From Felis catus (lineage: Eukaryota), in contig NC_058369.1 in assembly GCF_018350175.1 (NCBI RefSeq), forward strand, positions 13,456,001 to 13,520,000: a stretch of 64,000 bases of DNA, given 5' to 3'. The notes below the pieces were generated by a model. That model ran no database searches. It was not told the origin of the DNA and was given only the letters and a program-made list of their open reading frames with translations. Below, in pieces: positions 10,974-23,066 of the stretch (its first letter is position 1; the number at the start of each line of letters is the position of its first letter). The position numbers were made by a program, and so were the translations under genes.

Positions 10974-11049
10974 TGAAGAAGATGAAGAAGAAGAAGAAAA
11001 GGAGGAAGAGGAGGAGGAGGAGGAGGAGGAGGAGGAGGGAAGGGAGGAG
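10974..11049. repeat. (GAA)n(GAG)n purine triplet repeat at an L1 tail
   Basis: direct reading. Confidence 0.93.
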
Positions 11050-11497
11050 TGGAAGTGGAAGGGCAGCTTCCTGGAGAGGCGGCCCTGGAGCTGGACCCTG
11101 AAGGTGGGCTGGATTCTCATGTGCTCAGATAGAAAGGAAAGCATACACATGGAGAAGACTGCATGGGTAAAGGCAGAGTCTGGAAATGCCGGGCATGAGC
11201 AGAGACTAACAGCCATTCAGGAGGGGACCAGAGGAAGCACGAGGCAGGTGAGGGTACCTAGGGCCAGCCGAGGAAAGGATGCCCTCCTGAGGGTAATAGG
11301 GAGCCATGGAAGGTGTGCGAGCGAGGGAGGTCACGACAAGAGCTGGGTGTCAAGGAGACTCCAGAGGCTAGAAACAAGGCAAGAGTGGAGGCCAGGTAGG
11401 AGGGGGGAAGGGTGTAGAGACGGTGAAACTGATTTGGGGGATGGAGCTGCCCCGGGGCGAGGCCTGTGTTCTCCCCCCGCCCGGGGAATAAACTCAC

Positions 11498-11640
11498 CAG
11501 CTTCCAAAGGCTGCCGGCTGTCCGGTGCCGGAACTGGACCTCGGCGCCATCCTGGCGGGCTGGGGTCTCCCACTTCATGAGCAGCCACCCCGCGGAGCCA
11601 GACACCTTGATGTCTCCCAGCAGCGGTGGGTCGTATTTAA
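11498..11640 (-). CDS. IL12RB1: IL12RB1 exon 5 ([14 protein letters not shown]...[17 protein letters not shown])
   Basis: ttccag / GTGAGT, 143 nt. Confidence 0.95.
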
Positions 11641-11852
11641 CTGGAAGCAGAGATGGGGTTTGGGGAGGGGGCCAGCATATGCGTGAGTTACTGGTCCTGA
11701 AAATTTCAGAACATCCGGCCCACCCAGTCCAGGGTAACTGACTAAGCCCCCAGTATGTGAATCGGGGAAACCCTTACATGCTCCGTCTAAGCCTGGGAGG
11801 GAAATATCAATACCTCTTAGAGCAACGCTATAGTGAGACAGGTGCTTTTGGT

Positions 11853-12080
11853 TTTTTTTTTTAATTTTTTTTTTAACGTTTATTTATTTTTGGGACAGAG
11901 AGAGAGAGACAGAGCATGAACGGGCGAGGGGCAGAGAGAGAGGGAGACACAGAATCGGAAACAGGCTCCAGGCTCCGAGCCATCAGCCCAGAGCCCGACG
12001 CGGGGCTCGAACTCCCGGACCGCGAGATCGTGACCTGGCTGAAGTCGGACGCTTAACCGACTGAGCCACCCAGGCGCCCC
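11853..12080 (-). mobile_element. SINEC_Fc-type element
   Basis: poly-T, GTGACCTGGCTGAAGTCGG, reverse head. Confidence 0.92.
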
Positions 12081-12657
12081 TCGACTGGGCATATTTTAAA
12101 ACGCGATATTTTAAAACCGACCCCATATTTTAAAACGCGGTATTTTGTTCACCGTGGATTTTTTTTTTCCCATGCATTTTGATTTTTAAAAATATTGCAT
12201 TACCGTAGTGTTTGTATCGACTAGCGAGGTTTGGGGCACCCCTGGGAAATGTTGTGCCCCAGGCGGGCTCCCTTCTCACCTCACCCTAGTCCCAGCTCCG
12301 AGCTGCAGACTTTGGTGGCCTCGCTCGTGTCCCTGTGACTCAGCGGTAGCACACGGTGGGAACTCAGCAACGATATGTCAAAGTGTATGTGGTTGAGTCG
12401 TGAAAACAGACATAGAGGACCCAACAGGGTCCCAGCAGCCTCCACCCAGAAGCCACCTAAGTGCCCGGCAGCTGGGGATTGGCGAGGGGACCCTAAAAAA
12501 CTGCCGTGTCTCACGATAGCGTGTGATGCGGAAAACAGCTGGCGTTATCGAGCCGCTGGCCGGAATCCCCCCCAGGTCCAGGCTCAGGGACCGGAGGCTT
12601 CTCTGGGTGACGAAGGGGCCGCGGGGAGGAGGAGGAGGAGGAGAACAGGGTACTGAC

Positions 12658-12827
12658 CTGAGCTATGAAGCATCAGGGTGACCTTGGGTGACTTCTCTGT
12701 CCGGTTCCCGGCTCGAGATTCGACCCAGAGGGTGACGGCCTGCAGCACAGATATGCCGTCCTGGTCGGAGAACTGCACCTTGGTGGCCGAGCCCGCGGCA
12801 AAGTAGCAACAGCGCCCGGACCTGAGG
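12658..12827 (-). CDS. IL12RB1: IL12RB1 exon 4 ([24 protein letters not shown]...TLMLHSS)
   Basis: ccccag / GTCAGT, 170 nt. Confidence 0.95.
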
Positions 12828-12995
12828 CTGGGGAGGGAGAGTGCTGGTGCTCAGTCTGGGGGTCCTCGGGACCCCCAGGGTGCCTCGGCAGAAGGTGTGA
12901 GTCGCATCCCAGCATCTTCTTCTGCCCCCTTTGCTCCCCCTCCGCGGCCTGGGGACTCCGTGGGGATCAGCCTGGAACCGAGGGGTTGGGGGGTT

Positions 12996-12998
<3 letters not shown>

Positions 12999-13043
<45 letters not shown>
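12999..13043. repeat. (TG)n microsatellite
   Basis: direct reading. Confidence 0.95.
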
Positions 13044-13045
<2 letters not shown>

Positions 13046-13046
13046 T

Positions 13047-13120
13047 GGAATCTCGCGAGATGGGCTGCCACAGGAGGAAGGCCCCGGAATCTCGCGAGAT
13101 GGGCTGCCACAGGAGGAAGG
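13047..13120. repeat. Perfect 35-bp duplication (period 39) containing ATCTCGCGAGAT
   Basis: copies at 13047-13081 and 13086-13120. Confidence 0.95.
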
Positions 13121-13357
13121 AAGATGGGAATGAATGGATGGGAGGATGGACGAGTGAGTGAGAGGGTGGGGACGAGGGGCTAGAGGGACGCGCCCCCCCC
13201 ACCTCCCACCCCCGCCACAACATAGAGAGTCCCAGCCCTCTCTTCTCACATGAGAAACTGAGCCTCCCGAAAGGAGCCTGACAAGGTCACACATCTGAGA
13301 GCGGGAGCCAGGGTGGGATGATGAATGAGGGTCTGGGAACTGGGGCAGGGTCCTCAC

Positions 13358-13472
13358 CAGCACCTCAGGAAGTGGCTGACCCCAGCCGCGGGGCCCTCGT
13401 ACCGCCAGGAGCATTCATAACCGGCGCTGAATATCCGGTAGCAGGTCAGGTCCTTGGGGCCTGAAGCCGACC
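13358..13472 (-). CDS. IL12RB1: IL12RB1 exon 3 ([38 protein letters not shown])
   Basis: ctctag / GTGAGG, 115 nt. Confidence 0.95.
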
Positions 13473-14322
13473 CTAGAGGAGATACCAGAGGTTTGGGAAT
13501 GGACCAAGAATCGGGAGGGGCCCCTCCTTGCTGACGCACCCTCAGGGTAAATCTTTGTGACATTTAAGGAACCCGCTCCCAGTCCCCTCCCTGTGCCCTT
13601 TTCTCCTGTGCTCACCCCGCTCCGGCCACACCAGTGGACTCCTCACCAGTCCTCAAACACACCAAGCTTACTCCCACCACAGGGCCTTTGCACATGCGGG
13701 GCCAGCTGCCTAGAATGCTTTCCCCCCAGATCTTGGCATTCCAGTTTCTCCTTCAGGGTCACCTCCTCGACCACCAGGCAACCTGAAACAGCCCCTTCCT
13801 TCCTCCCCCACCTCCTGTGGTTTCTCATAGCACATCCTAGGACGCCGTCCATGTACGTGTTTGGCAGTTGGGGTCACGACCGGTTCTTTCATGCCTAGAA
13901 CTGTGTCCGCACAGAGTGGGTGCTCAGTGACTATTTCTCGCACAAAAGAGCGGATGAAGAGCCTGTTCAATGGCAGGCCCTCATTGGGGTGCATCGCGAG
14001 CACACATGTTCCAGCAATGCCTGCCTCCGGGGACCCCCAAAATGTCTCACGGCTGCTTAGCCCCCCCCCCCCCACGCTGAACAGACACAGACACCAAGTC
14101 TGCGACCCTGCGAGGGAGGAGACGAGGCTCAGAGAGGCAAGCGACTGATCCAGGACGCCCGAGCTTGGTGAGGATAGGACAGTAGGCCGTCTGGTCACTC
14201 CCAAGACCTCAGGCCGGCCTCAAACTTTGGCTGGGCAGGAGAGAGCTGAGGGACCGGCCCCCAGGGATGGGCCAGTCAGAGCCCCGCACGCCCTCTCCCC
14301 ACGGCGCAGAACTGTTCCAGAC

Positions 14323-14385
14323 CTGAGTCTGCATCCGGATACGGTGGGTCCTGAAAACAGCACCCGCTCGTGCCGCAGGCTTCGG
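14323..14385 (-). CDS. IL12RB1: IL12RB1 exon 2 (AEACGTSGCCFQDPPYPDADS)
   Basis: tttgcag acceptor, GT donor, 63 nt. Confidence 0.93.
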
Positions 14386-14961
14386 CTGCAAAGGCGACAA
14401 AGAGATCATGACAGGCCCAGAGTTCAACTGCATGGGGGAGGGGCTCAGGCCGGGGGCTCGCCAAGTCACCATCCACCCACCTCTCCACGTTCCCATAAAC
14501 GGATCCGCCCACCCGCCCTGCCGTCCCTCCACACGTCCAATCTTCTGCCCATCCATCCACCCGCTTGTTCATCCACGCGTCAACCTCTCAGGCTGCTCTT
14601 CCCAGGGTCCCCTGGCCCCCTCCCCGTCTCTGGTCTCCAGCCCTGCCTCACCCCTGAAGGCCCTGAAACCCTGCCGCTGCTGTTTCCAGAGAGGGAAACT
14701 GAGGCACAGAGAGGCAAAGGGGTGGCCTGAGGTCACACAGCAGCAACAGCTGAACCGGAATTAGAGGTCAAACCCAGCCATCTGCAGGGGTCTGGGCTCC
14801 TTCCCATCTGATTCCACAAGACGGAGAGAGTCTATGAGTATATGTAAGGTAGGAATATACCATGTACTACAAACATAATCAGTTGCCCTGTATATCACTT
14901 ATATACATATTTGTTCTTTACCCTTTTCTTAGCATTTCTTTTTATTTACTTAGTTAAAAGG

Positions 14962-15148
14962 TTTTATTTATTTTTGAGACAGACAGAGGCGTGAGCGGGG
15001 GAAGGGCAGAGAGAGAGGGGGACAGAGGATCCAAAGCGGGCTCTGGATGACAGCAGAGACGCCCACACGGGGCTCGAACCCACGAACCGTGAGACCATGA
15101 CATGAGCCAAAGTCAGGCGCCTAACCGCCTGAGCCACCCAGGCGCCCC
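14962..15148 (-). mobile_element. Can-SINE in IL12RB1 intron 1
   Basis: reverse head; flanking ccttttcttagc repeat. Confidence 0.88.
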
Positions 15149-15408
15149 ATCCTTTTCTTAGCGTTTCTCGCAGAACTCTGGGACGTGGGAAAGATTCAGG
15201 GGTTCGGCCCATTCCACGGAAGACAAAATCAAGACCGGAGGGAGGATGCCCAAGTTGGACCCCGGAAGCTATGATCAGCGATCTCCCATTTGAGAGAGGG
15301 AAAGACTGAGGCCCAGAGACGCAGAACCCACCCCAGAAACCCAGATCCACGGCCTTGCACACACACGTCTCCCAGCAAAGAGCCACCTTGTCTGGGTGGA
15401 GCACTCAC

Positions 15409-15469
15409 CGCCCTGCGCTGGAAGCAGGAGCAGAAGGAGGGGGACCAGCCTGGTCAACAACTGCCCCAT
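15409..15469 (-). CDS. IL12RB1: IL12RB1 exon 1 (signal peptide [20 protein letters not shown])
   Basis: ATG at 15469 (in-frame ATG also at 15478), donor GTGAGT, 61 nt. Confidence 0.92.
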
Positions 15470-15639
15470 GAAGTCCATGCAGAGGCCTGCAGCCCCAGAT
15501 GAGCTTCTGTGTTGCTGGCGAGGCCCAGCCACCCTGTCCTCGCCCTGGAACACATTGAAGCTGAGCAAGAAAGAATGCTAAAAAGATTAAAAAAAAAAAA
15601 AAAAAAAGTTAGGTGTCATGGCCCCTCCTGGCATAAGTC

Positions 15640-15664
15640 AAAGTGAAAGAGAAACCCAGGAAGT
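15640..15664 (-). promoter_or_regulatory. IL12RB1 proximal promoter: ISRE/IRF element next to an ETS site
   Basis: AAAGTGAAAGAGAAACC (tandem GAAA half-sites) followed by CAGGAAGT, ~170-195 bp upstream of the ATG; fits known IFN/IRF1 inducibility of IL12RB1. Confidence 0.75.
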
Positions 15665-16164
15665 CAGCTCGGTGATGGTGGCCTCATCCCAGCCACAAAG
15701 CCACCCGTGGGGCCAGTCTGACCCAGGGCCTTAGATCTCAGGGTCTCTTCCGACCCGAGAAAGACCCAAGCAGGACACCGGGTACCAGCCTCATGAGGGG
15801 GCAGCTCTGTGCCCTTGCCCTGGTCTCTGGCCCTCTCTAGCCAACTTCTGAGACTCGGGTGCCAAATGGGAGCCCAGGGTTCTTGGATGTCTGAGTTCAC
15901 TCTCCCAACAAGTCATTCTGAAGTGTTTGCTGTACCTTACCCCTCCCCCCCGCACCCCCCTCCCCCGCCGCAGCAAATGCCCACCTCCCCGTTTCCCAGA
16001 CTCTGGTCTCAGGGCACCCTGGGTCCCGGCTCCTAAAGAGCCCCTTTGCTTCCTTCAGACGAAGCGTTTTCTCTTCTCCGTGTCTGTTTCTTTGGCATCT
16101 GGGGGTCTCATTTTCTGAGTCTCTCTCCCCACTGTCAAAAGAGGCCCAGGATGTCCATGGAGAA

Positions 16165-16552
16165 GCACTGATTCATGCTACAAAGCGGATGAATCTCAAA
16201 CACATCGTGCTGAGTGAAAACAGGCAGACGCAGCAGCCCACGTGTTGTATGATTCCATGTATATAAAATGTCCAGAGCAAAATAAAAAATAAAAAATAAA
16301 TAAAAAATAAAATGTCCAGAGCGGGCAGATTCGAAGAGACAGAAAGATTAGTGGTTGCCAGCGGCTGGGGGGTGGGGGCTGGGGAGTGACTGCTAATGGG
16401 GACGAGCTTCCCCTTGGGGTGAGGAGAACGTTCTGGAACTAGACAGAGGTGACGGTTGCAAAACGTAGTGAATGCTCTAAATGCCACTGAACTGTGTATT
16501 TTAAACTGGTTACTTTTATGTCATGTGATTTTTCACCTACAAAAAAAAAAAA
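16165..16552 (+). mobile_element. L1MB-like 3' UTR fragment
   Basis: atgctaca...tgtatgattccat...gtggttgcca...aatgccactgaactgt, A tail. Confidence 0.75.
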
Positions 16553-18904
16553 TGTTCACGGAACCGTGGGAGACGGAGGAGCATACGATGAGGGTCTCTC
16601 TTGGAAGAGCCTCTGGGGAAACTGAGGCCCAGGTGGGCCAGGGGGAGGCCCATTCTCGGAGAAGCCCTGCCCTGTCCCCGGGGGGGGGGTGCAACTGGGC
16701 CGGTCAGGGTCAGGCGCCCGGGAGGCCATGAGGTCAGAGCCATGGGAACAAAGAAACAGTGTCCCAGGCCTGGCACAGTGGGGACGGGGACCCCGTGACC
16801 CCGCACAGAGCAGCCTTCACTGGCAATAGGGCCAGGCCAGGCCAGGGGGTGGAGTGGGCTGCAGGACTGATGTGTGAGGCCTGGGGGAGGGGCAGAGACA
16901 GAGAGAGACAGAGACAGATTGAGAGAAACATAAGGAAAGAGGGAAGAGACCGGTCAGAGAGAGGGCCAAAGTCACGACCTCCCCTCGAGGAGCCTGAGAC
17001 CCCACCCGAGGAGACACCATCATGGGCCCCATTTCACAGATGGAGACACTGAGCCCAGAGGCCTCAGCTGCCTGTGAACAGATGGATTCAGAGAGAGTCC
17101 CCTCCCCTCCCCGCCCCCCAGTGGGGCTGAGCGGTGAGTGGGGAGTGAGCCTCATGCCCCAGGGCTGCCCCATCACCGAGGTCGGCCCTCCCAGGCCTCA
17201 GCTACCCCATCTGCAAAATAGGCTGTAGCGAGGATAAAGGAGGATTGGGGCTCCCGGCAGATCGTGCCCACCAGACAGCCAGCGTAATTAATCATTGTTT
17301 GGGGGGCCTCCAGTGGCCTCTGCTCTTGTCACAGCTCCTTCCCATCTCCCCAAAGTCAGAGCAGCCTCTGGAAAGACATCGAAGGAGGGAGAGAAGAGTG
17401 GAGGAGGGGTCAGAGCTGGACACAGATGCCCCCCCCCAGCTCCTTGATGTCAGGGCTGGGTGCAGGGAGGGGCTGGGGGTGTTCCAAGGGAGAGTAGGGA
17501 GGGATGCCCAGAGAAGGGGGATCTTGAACTGGGTTTATAGAATGCAACAGCACCCCCCGCAGAGGGGCACAGCAGAGACCAAAGCTCAGGGGACATGCTT
17601 TGGGGGAACATCAGGATGAGCAAGGAGGTCTCGGACTCCACAGGAGAGATGAAGGTGATAAGTCAGACAGGGACCTCGAGCGTCAGGCTGAAGGGCTGGG
17701 CTTTTCTCCCAAGGGCACTGGGGAGCCATAGCAGGTGTGTGAGCAGGACGCCAGTCACAGGTGAAGTGGCATTTCTATCCTTATCAAAGTCAGGATCTGC
17801 ACTTCACCTTCCCCCATGCCCGATCTGCACACCCAGCTCCCTTGGCCTGCCCGCCCCTACTCCAGGAAGCCCTGGGGTGCCCTCGGTGGCCCCTCCCAGC
17901 TGCCCTAGAAACACAGCTGGGGTATGCCCCTAGGGCTGCCCCACTTTCAGCCGCCTCACGAACTGCTGGGAGGGGGAGGCAGGAAGGATTGGGTTAAAAG
18001 GGGCCGCCGGAAATGGAAATCGTGACAGGAGGAACCACAGAATTTCCCCACCCCCTCAGCTTCCGCCTCCTTCCTGGGTAAGAGTGACCTTCAGTCAGCT
18101 GAGGGTTGAGCTTTTCCCATCTCGTGGCCACAAGACCCTGACGCCCCTGGAGGGCATCTGAGAATGTTGAGGGATGAATAGGATTTTGCAAGGAGAAAAT
18201 CTGTTAGGTTTTTTTAATCAAACACATTTCTAGGCATCACTTATTCGTTCAACAATCACACTCCCTGATGCCCCTGAGAGATACCTGAGAAGGGTTTTGA
18301 TGGATGTATAGAAGTTCGCAGGAAAACAAATCACTTATTCATTCGGTAAAAATGTTCTTTGATGCTTCTTAAATTTGAAGTGGGTTTTGAAAGATGCATA
18401 GGCGTTCACCAGGGGAAAATTGAACTCATTGTTCGATTGATTCAACGAGTCAGTCAATAAATGTCCCCTTAGCGCCCACGGAAGGTGTAATTTTGGAAGT
18501 TCTGTGTAGAAGTTCTCCAGGTGGAGCAAGGGCATTTGAAACCTCTCTGGTGGCTCCCCGCCCAGCAGCTCCCCCATTTGCCTGGTCCAACCACCTCTGG
18601 TATAGGGAACCTCTCTTTCCCCAAGATTGCAGCCAAAGTCCCAGGGAAGACTGGCTGAGCTTGGGTTTCATGTCCACCGTGAGCCTGTCACCCTGGCTGA
18701 AGTGAATGAAAAGTCTCTAGGACACATATCCACCCCAACTTGGACTCTAGGAGAACTTGTAGGCAGAACAGACCAGAGACAGGGCTGTCGTCGATCGCTG
18801 TAAGGTGCGAGCTCCCCATTACCCGGGGTAGACAAGCTATAGCCTGAGGTCCTTTTAGCATAGGGTTGCCAGATAAAACGTGCCCTATTAAATGAGAATT
18901 TCAG

Positions 18905-19145
18905 GGGGCGCCTGGGTGGCGCAGTCGGTTAAGCGTCCGACTTCAGCCAGGTCACGATCTCGCGGTCCGGGAGTTCGAGCCCCGCATCAGGCTCTGGGCT
19001 GATGGCTCAGAGCCTGGAGCCTGTTTCCGATTCTGTGTCTCCCTCTCTCTCTCTGCCCCTCCCCTGTTCATACTGTGTCTCTCTCTGTCCCAAAAATAAA
19101 TAAACGTTGAAAAAAAACATTAAAAAAATAAATAAATAAAATAAA
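18905..19145 (+). mobile_element. SINEC_Fc-type element with 17-bp TSD, inside a MER53-like DNA element
   Basis: TAAATGAGAATTTCAGG at 18889 and 19142. Confidence 0.92.
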
Positions 19146-19257
19146 TGAGAATTTCAGGTTAAACACCCCCTAAGTTTTTAGCATATCTACTTACCAAGGA
19201 TCGCGTGGAACATTATGAACAATTATTCATTGTTTGTCTGAAATTACATTTAACTGG

Positions 19258-19845
19258 GTGGCTGAGACGGAGTGCCTTCAATAACAGGGGTTTCTTTCCT
19301 TACAGTTCTGAAGGCTACAAGTCCAAGATCAAGATATTGGCAGGTTTGGCTTCTTCTGGGGTCTTTCTCCCCGGCTTGCAGATGGGGTTTTCCGGCGTGT
19401 TCACGTGGCCTTCCTTCTGTGCGTGCCTGTGCCCTAATCTCTTCTTTTTTTTTTTTAATTTTTTTTAACGTTTATTTATTTTTGAGACAGAGAGAGACAG
19501 AGCATGAATGGGGGAGGGTCACAGAGAGAGGGAGACACAGAATCTGAAACAGGCTCCAGGCTCTGAGCGGTCAGCACAGAGCCCGACGCGGGGCTCGAAC
19601 CCACGGACCGTGAGATCATGACCTGAGCCGAAGTCGGACGCTTAACCGACCAAGCCACCCAGGCGCCCCCCTAGTCTCTTCTTAGAAAGACAGCAATCAT
19701 ATTGGATTAGGATCCACCCAGGTAACCTCGCTTTACTTTAATTGTCCCTTTAAAGTCCCTCTCTCCGGACACAGTCACATTCTGAAGGACCTACGGTGAG
19801 GATTTCAACGTCTGGATTTTGGAAAAACATGACTCAGCTTACAGC
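19258..19845 (-). mobile_element. MLT1-type (MaLR) LTR interrupted by a SINE at 19445-19669 (-)
   Basis: tacagttctgaaggctacaagtccaagatcaag...cagtcacattctgaagg. Confidence 0.7.
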
Positions 19846-19879
19846 AGTGGCTGCTTTTGACTGCACAGAACAGTCTGGC

Positions 19880-20690
19880 CGTTTTTGGAAAAAGCAGAAA
19901 TATGGAGTTACCGTATGACCCAGGAATTTCACGCCTAGATGTAGACCCAAGAGAACGGAAAGCATATGTCCACACAATAACTTGCGCATGAATGTTCACA
20001 GCAGCGCAACTCACAAGAGCCCAACAGTGGAAAAACTCAAATGTCCATCGACAGGTGAACGGATAAACAAAATGGGGTCCATCCACACGATGGAGTATTA
20101 TTCAGCCATATAAAGGAAGGAAGCCCCGATTCAAGCTACAGCGTGGGTGCAACTTGAAAACATCGTGTGGAGCGACAGAAGCCGGACACAAAAAAGGCCA
20201 CACGTTGTAGGATTCCATTTATGTGAAACGTCTAGAACAGGCAAAGCCACGGAGACAGACAGCAGATTGGCGGCTGCTGGAGGGAGGATGGTGAGTGCTC
20301 ACGGGTAAAGGTTTTCTTCTAGGGTTGGTGAAATGTTCTGCGATTAGATAGTGGTGACGATTACACAATTCTGAGAATATGCTAAGAACCACGGAATGGT
20401 ACTCTTTAAAAAGAGATATTTTAGGGGCCCCGGGGTGGCTCGGTCTGTTAAGCGTCGGACTCTTGATTTCGGCTCAGGTCATGATCTCACGGTTTTGTGG
20501 GTTTCAGCCCCGAGTTGGGCTCTGTGCAATGTCGGCGTGGAGCCTGCCTGGGATTCTCCCTCTCCTCTCTCTCTCTCTCTCTTCCCCTCCCCCCCTTGCG
20601 CTTTCTCTGTCTCTCTCAAAATAAATAAACTTAAAAAATAAAAATAAATTAAAAGGTATATTTTATGGTGGGTGAATTATATGTCAATTA
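19880..20690 (+). mobile_element. L1MB-like 3' fragment interrupted by a SINE at 20424-20653 (+)
   Basis: gagttaccgtatgacccagg...atggagtattattcagccat...gtgaattatatgtcaat. Confidence 0.8.
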
Positions 20691-20734
20691 TTTTTATTTA
20701 TCTTTTATAAATTTGTGAGGGGAGTACCAGTACC

Positions 20735-21160
20735 TTTTTATTTTATTTTTTTTTTTTAATGTTTACTTATTTTTGAGAGAGAGACAGAGCATGAGCAGGG
20801 GAGGGGCAGAGAGAGAGGGAGACACAGAATCCGAAGCAGGCTCCAGGCTCCGAGCTGTCAGCACAGAGCCCGACGCGGGGCTCGAACCCACGAACTGCGA
20901 GATCATGACCTGAGCCGAAGTCGGAGCTTCCCGACTGAGACACCCAGGCGCCCCTCCTTTTTTTTTTAATTTAATGTTTATTTTTGAGAGAAAGAGAGCA
21001 CCAGCAGGTGAAGAGTGGAGAGAGAGGGGGACAGAGGATCAGAAGTGGGTTCTGGGCTCACAGCAGCTTAGCCCAACGCGGGGCTCAAACTCCCAAAACC
21101 GTGAGATCGTGATCTGAGCTGAAGTTTGACGCTCAGCCGACTGAGCCACCCAGGCACCCC
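20735..21160 (-). mobile_element. Two tandem Can-SINEs (20735-20954, 20957-21160)
   Basis: two poly-T/(GA)n/reverse-head units. Confidence 0.88.
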
Positions 21161-21959
21161 AATATTTCAGTTTTAAAGTGTGTATGACAAAAACAAAATT
21201 TCGGGAAGCCCTGTATTTTTATGTGCTCAATCTGGCCACTGTAATTTGGTAGGAGCCTATCCAGACTCAAAGGCAATCGGGCCGTCCCTGGGGTCTCTCC
21301 TCCAGCCTGAGAAGATCCTGTAATGTCTAAGTCCAACGGATAGCCAAGGGAACCTGCAGGTGCCGAGACAGTGGCAGTCCCAGTGGAAGAGAGAATATGG
21401 GTCCCATCTTGGCACTTGGGCTTCTCCCTGCCTCAGTTTCCCTTCTGCAAAGGGGGGCTGATCAGTTATCACCAGATACCTGTGGAAGGTGGTCCTCATT
21501 AGGCGCTTAGTCAGGTGCCCAGCTGACTCGGCAAAGGGAGTCCTCCTCAAAACAGAAACCGGCAACAGTGGCTGCCTGTTCTTGTAAATAAAGTTTTATT
21601 GGGGCTAGGGCCAGAATTAAGGTGAAACCAGTAAGGCAGCGTGATGTAAAGGCAGAGGCAGAGCCTGCATTTTTGGCGTTTCGTTCACCCTGCGCTTTCC
21701 GCATTAGTTTAGATTCTTTACATTATTGTATTCGAATCTTGCGTACCTTAATCACTGATATTTGTGGCCCTTTTCAAATTTTGAACAGAACTGAGGGTCT
21801 CGTTCACCTCACCCTAGAACTGGTCTTGTTGTGCGCCCTGGGCGCATCAACTCACTTCTCTGAGCCTCAGTTTCCTTCTCTGCAAAATGGGGGTGCTAAC
21901 GTTCCCTTATTCCCAGGAGGATTCATTGAAAAATGGTTTCATCTTGGCTGGGGGGTAAG

Positions 21960-22330
21960 GGTGAGGCCTGGAAGGGCGGGTCTAGCCCATCCAATGGAGG
22001 CGGGGCCCTTCCAGGAGGGCTCCCAGGGAGGGGCGGGGCCAGGACACGTCAGCTGACCGGCTTGACCAATGGCGCGGGGTGGCGGGGCTTGGCAGGCTGG
22101 GGCGGGGCCGGGGGCGGGCCAGGCGGCGCGGACTAGCGGGCCATGGACGAGCCGAGCCTCCTGCGGCGCCGAGGGCTCCAGGTGAGGCCCCTGCGTGGGC
22201 GGGCGGAGGGCGCGGCCGAGTGCACCTGGCTTGGGTGCCGGGGGCGAGGTTTCGGCGTCCGGAGAAACTGAGGCGGAGAGCGGGGCGCGCGCTCCGATCG
22301 CTCCTTCTGCCCGCTTTTCAAAGTGCTTTT
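21960..22330 (+). promoter_or_regulatory. MAST3 distal CpG-island promoter
   Basis: CpG-dense; CCAAT at 21991 and 22066; several GGGCGG boxes just upstream of ATG 22143. Confidence 0.85.
22143..22181 (+). CDS. MAST3: MAST3 exon 1a (MDEPSLLRRRGLQ)
   Basis: gccATGg Kozak, donor GTGAGG. Confidence 0.93.
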
Positions 22331-23066
22331 CGCCTGATGGGAAGGGGACATAGACTCCGTTTGGTTTGACAGATGGAGAAACTGAGGCTCCAAGCGCTAG
22401 CGTGGGAGACGGGGGCTGAGGGTTGGGCCCCTTGCCACCAGCTGCTCTAATAATATGAGCAACAGCAGCCTTTGAGCGCTCACCATATGGTCCTCGTCGT
22501 GTTAATCTTTTTACTAGTGATATATTCTCATTAATTAATGTGGATCATTACCTGCCTCGTGCCTTCGCTGCGCCACCGCGCCCCAGCCTCGGCTCACCCC
22601 TAAGGTGAGCCAAGGAGGTTGGGGCTGTCCGGGCGCCCATTTGTCAGACAGGGAAACTGAGGCTCGAGTCTGGAAAAGTCACAAACTCGAGGTCGCCCGA
22701 CAGAGGTTCAACCCGGCAGCCTTAACTGGCTCTCTGTTGCAGAAAGCACTGCAAACTGGCTTGCGGGGGGCCGGGCGAGGGGGAGGGGTGTCGAGGGCAG
22801 GAGACACTTTTGCTTATCCGGATCTCAGTTTCCCCATTGGCTGTAAGGGCCCTCCTCTTCTGACCTCTGGCCCTGAGTTTGGGCGTGAGAGAGTTCGAAC
22901 CCACGCAGGGGCCATGGGACCCCGATGGGCGACTCCTTTGACTTTTCTGGCCCTCAGTTTCCCTTCTCTCTGTGCAAAGGGAATTAAGATGATCTAGCCG
23001 AGGCGTAGACCACACCCTTAAGAAGCCACCAGGTTGCCTGTCGGGAACCTGGGATTCCTCATTTAC

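Larger units (their letters stand above)
1155..15469 (-). other. IL12RB1: IL12RB1 gene model, coding exons 1-12 (~498 aa of the ectodomain); 3' exons lie beyond the left edge of the window
   Basis: 12 exons with GT/AG ends and consistent phases. Translation matches IL-12 receptor beta-1: signal peptide, CCFQDPPYPDADSG, WSSWS (WSxWS) motif, FN3 repeats. Confidence 0.97.

Noticed and set aside
10954..11580. 208-aa plus-strand ORF with a poly-Glu tract
   Set aside because: Starts in an L1 3' end, runs through a (GAA/GAG)n microsatellite, and is antisense to IL12RB1 exon 5; no domain or splice support
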